The notes under the pieces were generated by a model. It saw only the letters and a list, made by a program, of their open reading frames with translations, made no database searches and was not told where the DNA came from. The translations under genes were made by a program, and so were the position numbers. Positions 49,661 through 58,325 of a stretch of 58,325 bases of DNA are shown here, in pieces. This DNA is from an uncultured Chthoniobacteraceae bacterium (GTDB taxonomy: Bacteria > Verrucomicrobiota > Verrucomicrobiia > Chthoniobacterales > CAKUMP01), in the NCBI GenBank assembly GCA_965365475.1, contig CBDUBV010000004.1, positions 1 through 58,325 of the forward strand, read 5' to 3'. How positions within the stretch are numbered: the first letter of the stretch is position 1; each line of letters opens with the position of its first letter.

Positions 49661-51496
49661 ATGACACAAGAAAATAATACCATGAGGCTCGGGGCTGCAT
49701 TAACGGACGATGGGGTTCACTATCGCGTATGGGCGCCGGATCACCAATCGATGCGGGTGGCGGTGCGCTCTCGCGAGGAATCCACCTGGACGAGGTTTGT
49801 GGACCTTGTCCGTGATGATGCGGGGTATTTCTCCGGGTTCGATATGGAAGGACGGAGTGGCGATATTTACGTTTATGTGTTGCCGGAGGGGAAGGAGCTT
49901 CCGGACCCGGCTTCGCGCCAGCAGTGGAAAGATGTTCATGGCCCATCTGTTGTGGTGGATTCTCGATTCGATTGGACCGACAGCCACTGGCAGCGGCCGG
50001 CATTTCGCGACCTTGTTATTTATGAGATGCATGTAGGGACGTTTACCAGCGCGGGGACCTTTGCAAGTGCGTGCGCCAAGCTGCCTCATCTGCGAGACCT
50101 CGGAGTGAATGCTGTCGAGCTGATGCCAATCGCGGATCATCCCGGGCAACGGAGCTGGGGATACGACGGTGTCTTGATATATGCTCCCGCTGCATGTCTG
50201 GGAAGGCCGGAGGATTTGCGGGAGTTTGTGGACCAGGCGCATGCGCATGGCATCGCGGTCATTCTGGATGTGGTGTACAACCATTTTGGACCTGCGGGAA
50301 ATTATCTCGGACTCTACAGCAAAAATTATTTCAACCCAAAACATCAAACCCCCTGGGGCGATGGATTCAACTTCGACTCGTCCGCGAGTGCGCCCGTGCG
50401 GGATTTTTTTATCCGCAATCCGATTTATTGGATGGAGGAATTTCACATTGATGGATTCCGCATGGATGCGACACATGCCATCGTGGACCACTCGCCGGTG
50501 CATGTGCTGGCTGAGATGACCGAGGCAGTGAGGGCGCGTGGGTGCTACGCCATCGCGGAGGACGAAGCCAACAGCCGCCAGTTGCTACTCCCCATGCAGG
50601 ATGGCGGTCTCGGATTCCACGCGGTCTGGGCGGATGATTTCCATCACACTGCTCGCGTAGCGGTGTCTGGCGAACGGCATTCTTATTTTGCGGAGTTCAC
50701 TGGCACCATGGAAGAAGTGCTGACTGCGCTGCGGGATGGATGGGTGTATAGCGGACAACTACGCAGCGACGGCAAGCCGCGCGGTTCGCTTTGCAGCGAT
50801 CTACCCCCGGAGCAATTTGTGCATTGCATTTCCAACCACGATCAGGTCGGGAATCGTGCACTGGGCGAGCGGTTGTCCGAGCTGATCGAGCCGGATGCGT
50901 ATCGCGCCATGTCGGTCCTGCTTTGTCTGAGCCCTTACACGCCAATGCTTTTCATGGGCCAGGAATGGGCAGCATCCACGCCATTTTTGTATTTCACCGA
51001 TCATGAGGAAATGCTGGGAGCTGCGATCACGGCTGGGAGGCGCAAAGAGTTTGCTGCGTTTCCTGCATTCAGCGATCCGAAAGTCCGCAGCACAATTCCA
51101 GATCCGCAAAGCGTAGATACGTTTATGCGTTCCAAATTGATCTGGGAGGAGACATCGCACCTGCCGCACAAGCAAACCTTGGAACTATACCGGCACAGCC
51201 TCGCGATTCGTCGCACCATCACCGCCTTGCGTCCCACATCGCGAGAAGCCTGGCGGGTGGTGCAACTCGAGGGTGGCATGGGCGGGATACATTATCAGGC
51301 CGCCGATGAAGAGTTTATGTTAGCGTTTGATCTCACGGGCAAACACACCGGACATTGGCAGCGTGGTTGGCACGTTATCGTCAGCTCGGAAGATTGCCGG
51401 TTTGGCGGGAGCGGGCGGGAATGCTATGACAGAACGACAGGCGAAATTGTTTTCCCCTGTCGAGGCACCATACTATTTCGCAAGAACAACACGTGA
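49661..51496 (+). CDS. treZ: Malto-oligosyltrehalose trehalohydrolase (GH13)
   Basis: RVWAP, PDPASR, YEMHVGTF, WGYDGV, DVVYNHFGP, RMDATHAI, NHDQVGNRA, LFMGQEW. Confidence 0.95.
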   Translation: MTQENNTMRLGAALTDDGVHYRVWAPDHQSMRVAVRSREESTWTRFVDLVRDDAGYFSGFDMEGRSGDIYVYVLPEGKELPDPASRQQWKDVHGPSVVVDSRFDWTDSHWQRPAFRDLVIYEMHVGTFTSAGTFASACAKLPHLRDLGVNAVELMPIADHPGQRSWGYDGVLIYAPAACLGRPEDLREFVDQAHAHGIAVILDVVYNHFGPAGNYLGLYSKNYFNPKHQTPWGDGFNFDSSASAPVRDFFIRNPIYWMEEFHIDGFRMDATHAIVDHSPVHVLAEMTEAVRARGCYAIAEDEANSRQLLLPMQDGGLGFHAVWADDFHHTARVAVSGERHSYFAEFTGTMEEVLTALRDGWVYSGQLRSDGKPRGSLCSDLPPEQFVHCISNHDQVGNRALGERLSELIEPDAYRAMSVLLCLSPYTPMLFMGQEWAASTPFLYFTDHEEMLGAAITAGRRKEFAAFPAFSDPKVRSTIPDPQSVDTFMRSKLIWEETSHLPHKQTLELYRHSLAIRRTITALRPTSREAWRVVQLEGGMGGIHYQAADEEFMLAFDLTGKHTGHWQRGWHVIVSSEDCRFGGSGRECYDRTTGEIVFPCRGTILFRKNNT

Positions 51497-51510
51497 GGAA
51501 AAGATACTGC

Positions 51511-54284
51511 TTAGACACTTGAGGCAGATTTCCACAACACGCAGAACGGCAACTCTTTCAATACTTCCTCCAATTTCAGCAACTTCGAATCCGCATGAAT
51601 TCTGCTGCCTGTAAGCAGGTCGGTCCACGTGCCATTCAACTCAGGGTCGAGCGCGAGAGCAGTGTCACCCCAATTTGCGGGCACGGAACCGGTGCCGAGA
51701 TTGCTCACACACCGGCTTGTTACCACCAGCATTTTCTCATTCTTATACGATCGAACGAATGCGACCGCATTGTCAGCGCGACGGCCAAAAGTCTCCAGAC
51801 CTTCGTAGTCCGCATGCGCAAAAAACTCGGAGTTTGACCGGCGATGGCGCAATAGCCGCGCAAGCAGCGCCAATTTTATGCCGCCGCTTTTCCAGTCATC
51901 GCGCAGCTCAGCTATTGGTTTTGAGACTGATTCTTTCAGCATCTGACGACGCAGTGCATAGTCAACAGGCCGACGATTATCGGGATCGACAAGGCTGAAA
52001 TCCCACAGCTCTGTGCCTTGATACGTATCCGGCACACCCGGCACTGTGCATTTCAATATGGTCTGGGAAAGTGAGTTCCACATCCCAAGCCAATGTGTCT
52101 TTTCGACAAATGCTCCAATCGCTTTGCGGAATGCTTTGCCTGTCTTGGCATCAAGAATGCGTTGCACGAATTCCGTAACCGCTTGCTCCCATTCTGCATT
52201 CGGCTCAGTCCAGCTACTGTTTACTTTGCCCTCCTTTAGTGCTTTGAGCATGTAGTCCTGAATGCGTTCCACATACGTCTTCCACTGCTCGGGATCCTGC
52301 GGATGCAATGGCCAGGTTCCTACCAGCGTTTGGTAGAGCAAATACTCCTCATTGGCGGATGGTGCGAACTCGTCCGCAACCAGCGTGCGGTGTTGTTTAT
52401 TTAGTCTCTGCCAGCGATGCACCGATTTATGCCACTCACCGGCAAGCTCCGAGATCGTCAGCATACGCATGCGAGTGTCTTCACTACGCTTGGTGTCGTG
52501 CGTGGACGTCGCCAACATGGAATGCGGAAATGACATGCACCGACTTTTGTTCAACCGATGAAAGTCTCCTGCCGACAAACCAATATGCCCTGGGTTACCC
52601 CCGACCTCGTTCAAGGCCACCAGGCGATGATACAAATAAAGTGCAGTATCTTCGAGACCCTTGGCAGTCACGGGGCTTGTGAACTGCTGGAAGCGCATGA
52701 CGAAGCGTAAATGCTGTGCAGTTTCAGCCGCAGATAGATTCTCAGGAAACTTCAACAGCAGTAGATTCCGGAGAAAATCAAAAACCGGTTTATCGATCGA
52801 CGGGTTTCGTCTGCGCGCCGCAGATACCGCTTTCAAAATCGCTTTTTGGTCTGCCTCGCTTAACGCAAACTTTTCGGATGCATACGTGCGATACACCGGG
52901 AAGCAGGCCGCCACTTCACGGATTGCTTTGGTGAGAACATTGCGCGTGAAATCGCGGAACAGCCGATGCTTTTCACTGAGCCGGTCGAGGTCGCGCCCGA
53001 GGGATGCAAGCTCGCTGGCAAATGAGAATTCCATTACTTGCAGCTTCTTCTCATAGACCAGGTCTGCAAACTTCTCGGAGTTGCCCGTGAATGTCTCGTA
53101 GGTGCGAGTGAGTCGGGCCGAGGCCTGTGCATCGGCAAGGAGATGCACGACATGGTTTGCGAACTCGTAGCCTGTGGTTCCATGTACCGGCCACGTCTCG
53201 GGCAATGACTCATCCGCAGCCTCAAGGATTTTTTCGACCACCAGATAGATGTTGTTGTCATCGACCATGCCGCCGTCGGGCACCGCGCGTTGCTGGAGTT
53301 GTTCGAGGTAACCACGCGGATCCCACAACCCGTCCACATGATCTATGCGCAATCCGGTGATGTAGCCTTTGCGCAGCCAATCGAGCACCATCCGGTGGGC
53401 TTCCTCGAAGACTTCTTCTTTCTCAACGCGAATGGCTGCGAGGGTGTTGATATCAAAGAATCTGCGGTAGTTGATTTCTTCAGCAGCAGCTCGCCAGTAG
53501 CATAGCCGATATGCCTGCTCCTCTAGCAGCTCATGCAAACGGTCAAACGATTCTGGCTGGCCGACCACGCCTTGAAGTTCTTTTAGGCGCGTCTGGACAG
53601 CATCACGGAGATCGGGTGTGTCGCGCAGTAGTGCGGCAAGTTGTTTCTTGGCGGTGACTTTGTCGCCCGATTGAAATGCGCTCAGGCATCGAGCGAAAGC
53701 ATCGCTGACATTGCTGCTCTGTTGCGAGGCCAGGTCCTGCAGAAACGGCACCATGCTCGCGCCGTTGATTGGTATGCGCGTATCGAAATATTGCAAATGG
53801 AAGCCGCCCTGCTCGCAGATCAGTTGAAACTCGCCCTTCTCCAGCACCACGCCATAGCGATCTCCGAGTATCGGAAGCAGCAGTTTCTCTTCCATGGCTT
53901 TTTTACCGGGATACCAATCGATGTCGAAATAATCCGCGTAGGGTGATGCCAGGCCGTCTTCGAGAACCTCCATCCACCAGGCGTTCAACGACTCGCTGAC
54001 GCCCATGTGGTTGGGCACAAAATCGAGCACCATGCCCATGTTGCGTCCCCGCAACTCGCCTACCAGACGCCGCAAATCGGCGGAATCGCCGACATCGGGG
54101 TTGAGACGATTGTGGTTCGCCACGTCGTAACCGTGCGTGCTATCCACACCGGCTTGAAAAAATGGAGAAGCGTAAATATCGCTGATGCCAAGCTCGTCGA
54201 GATAACCGACAAGCTCTATTGCATCGTGGAATGTAAACTTCGAATTGAATTGCAACCGATATGTGGCTGAAGGAATGCGTGGAG

Positions 54285-54288
<4 letters not shown>
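51511..54288 (-). CDS. treY: Malto-oligosyltrehalose synthase (GH13)
   Basis: ATYRLQF, STHGYDV, DFVPNHM, INYRRFFDIN, LRIDHVDGL, STHDTKRSED, PGVPDTYQG, SLVDPDNRRPVD. Confidence 0.96.
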
Positions 54289-56450
<2,162 letters not shown>

Positions 56451-56460
56451 ATAGTGTGTA

Positions 56461-58325
56461 TCACTGCCCCAAAGCTCGCGCTTCACGAATAAGTTCGCCT
56501 GCAGCCCGCAGCGGGATTGCCACAAGATCAGGACGGTAACTCAATTCGTAGCCTACCTCGTAGAGCGCCTTATCAATGAGAAAAATTTGTAAGAGAAAAC
56601 TCATATCCTCCTTGCCCACCGGCTGAAAGCCTTTCTCTTCCAGAGCTTGATGATAGCCTAAAAGGAAACGCTTGTTCACTTCCTGGTTCCATCTATCTGC
56701 CCAAGGTGCCAGCTTCTCACGGTCCGACGCAGTCTGGTGCGAGAGTGCGCTCTCTACGGCGTAGTTAAAGGACCGCATCATCCCGGCCACATCGACAAGG
56801 GGCGATTTTTTCAACAGCCGTTCACCAATGCTACGCTTGGGTTCGCCTTCGAAATCGAGAATGACAAAGTCTTTCCCCGTATTGAGCACCTGACCGAGAT
56901 GATAATCGCCATGGATGCGAATCTTCGCCGCGCTCAATTTACGTTTGAGCAGCATCTCGTAAATGTTCATGAGCGGCTCGATCTGAGCCAGGAGCGTGTC
57001 CGCCAGTGTTCGCGTCTCGTTTTTCAAGCTCGACAGCTTGGAGTGAAGTTCGGCCTCAGTGCGGCGTGCGTGGGAGCGCAGACTTTGATACAACGAACGC
57101 TGATACATGGTGGAGAATGGTTCCGGCTGAAAACTCGGCGCCTGGATCGAGTTGAGTGCAGCATGGAGTTCACCCGTGCGGATTCCCAACTGCCATGCAC
57201 GCTCGGAGTAATTCGCGCCGAAAAGTTCTTCGAAATGCTCGTCCGGTGACGCCTCACACGCAGCCATAACCCGCTCGAAATATCGTTCCACCGCGTCCAG
57301 CGTGAAACTCCATCCATCCCCCTGCGCTTGCACGAACTCTGTTGCCAGAGCCAGCACAGATGTTTCTCCCTGAGCGGTAAAGAGCAACTCTCCGAGATAG
57401 CGCGGCACATTATTGAAGGTAGTCTCTCCAAGGGCACGCAAGACATCCGCATCCGGGTTCGGCCCGGACTCAATCTTGCGGAATAGTTTTAACGCGACTG
57501 CATTGTCGAAAACAAAGGAACTGTTGGATTGCTCTGCGGACAACGCGTGCACCGCATCGGCATTGACTTCGGTGTGGCATCCACGTGAGCTAATTTGGTA
57601 GCTCTCCCCCTTGAGCCGCTGCCCCTGCTGCATAAACCGTAACAACCCGGATTGAAATTCCGGCTCGCTCGTGGCATCGAGCAGCAGCGCGCCGTTCGAG
57701 AAATGAGCAATGATATCGCGCGTGTGCACAGGGCTTTCCGTGGCGATTTTCATGGCCATGAGATAGACCGACGCCGAGCCTTCGGAGAAAGAGACTTCAA
57801 TTATGAGAATGCGATATGTTTCCAAAAACGGAATGATTTCCGAAAGCTTGATATCGCGGATAGCTCTTTGCTTCCCACCGAACCACCTCGCACCCGGCAG
57901 ATACGACGGAAGGATGATTTGTTCGATTTCGCGTTGGAGCATTTCGCCCCACTCCGCCTTCCCGTGCAGCTCGGGAGTCTGTGCCTCAGGGACAATCGCG
58001 TGGTCTGGAGCAGTGAGATGAAACCAGTAGAAACTATGCGGCCCGAGTGTAAACAGATAAGGCGCCGTAGTAATCTCCGGCAGCATCGACGATCCGAATA
58101 TCTCACGCGGAATGTGGCCCTCGTAACTGGATAGATCGAGACTCGTGGCCTGCGTGAAACGGGATAAATTTGCCACCACCAGGAGCGTGGATTTTTCATC
58201 CTTGCGCAGGAAACTCAGGACACGTGCATTACCGCCGGTCAGAAACTCAATCGTGCCGACAGAAAATGCAGGGAATTGCTGACGGATTTTTAAGATGCGC
58301 CGCATCCACCAAAACAGTGAGGACA
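56461..58325 (-). CDS. treS: C-terminal part of a trehalose synthase-maltokinase (TreS-Mak/Pep2) fusion, running off the right edge
   Basis: TreS-like C-terminal domain (LVVANLSRF...PYLFTLGPHSFYWF) fused to a maltokinase domain (RWFGGK, AEQSNSS, RIHGDYHLGQVL, DFEGEP, DVAGMMRSF). Confidence 0.88.
   Translation of the reverse strand, partial: SSLFWWMRRILKIRQQFPAFSVGTIEFLTGGNARVLSFLRKDEKSTLLVVANLSRFTQATSLDLSSYEGHIPREIFGSSMLPEITTAPYLFTLGPHSFYWFHLTAPDHAIVPEAQTPELHGKAEWGEMLQREIEQIILPSYLPGARWFGGKQRAIRDIKLSEIIPFLETYRILIIEVSFSEGSASVYLMAMKIATESPVHTRDIIAHFSNGALLLDATSEPEFQSGLLRFMQQGQRLKGESYQISSRGCHTEVNADAVHALSAEQSNSSFVFDNAVALKLFRKIESGPNPDADVLRALGETTFNNVPRYLGELLFTAQGETSVLALATEFVQAQGDGWSFTLDAVERYFERVMAACEASPDEHFEELFGANYSERAWQLGIRTGELHAALNSIQAPSFQPEPFSTMYQRSLYQSLRSHARRTEAELHSKLSSLKNETRTLADTLLAQIEPLMNIYEMLLKRKLSAAKIRIHGDYHLGQVLNTGKDFVILDFEGEPKRSIGERLLKKSPLVDVAGMMRSFNYAVESALSHQTASDREKLAPWADRWNQEVNKRFLLGYHQALEEKGFQPVGKEDMSFLLQIFLIDKALYEVGYELSYRPDLVAIPLRAAGELIREARALGQ

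Overview
A 58.3-kb bacterial chromosomal segment, most consistent with Verrucomicrobiota (inferred from a Minf_1886-type PVC-restricted protein, the style of the LacI and sulfatase genes, and several lineage-typical hypothetical proteins). It is mainly housekeeping: tRNA-Ser(GGA), tmRNA, cysteine desulfurase, bioA, gatCA, sucAB, pfkA, system II cytochrome c biogenesis with a Cu-type P1B ATPase, sodA, purH, pdxJ, an M16 protease and a treS/mak-glgX-treY/treZ cluster. There are two accessory carbohydrate regions: LacI + GH55-like + hydrolase at 0-4 kb, and octaheme cytochrome + two sulfatases + sugar isomerase + GPH transporter at 30-39 kb. The most striking feature is a compact ~555-bp unit at 48229-48783: a GxxExxY PD-(D/E)xK nuclease-fold gene with three arrays of a 10-bp repeat (ACACAGATGG), one forward and two inverted. 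The forward array can pair either with the array just upstream of the start codon or with the array just after the stop codon. This looks like a candidate repeat/nuclease selfish or mobile system. A separate REP-like doublet lies at 1379-1442. All calls are from reading motifs by eye; no searches were run.
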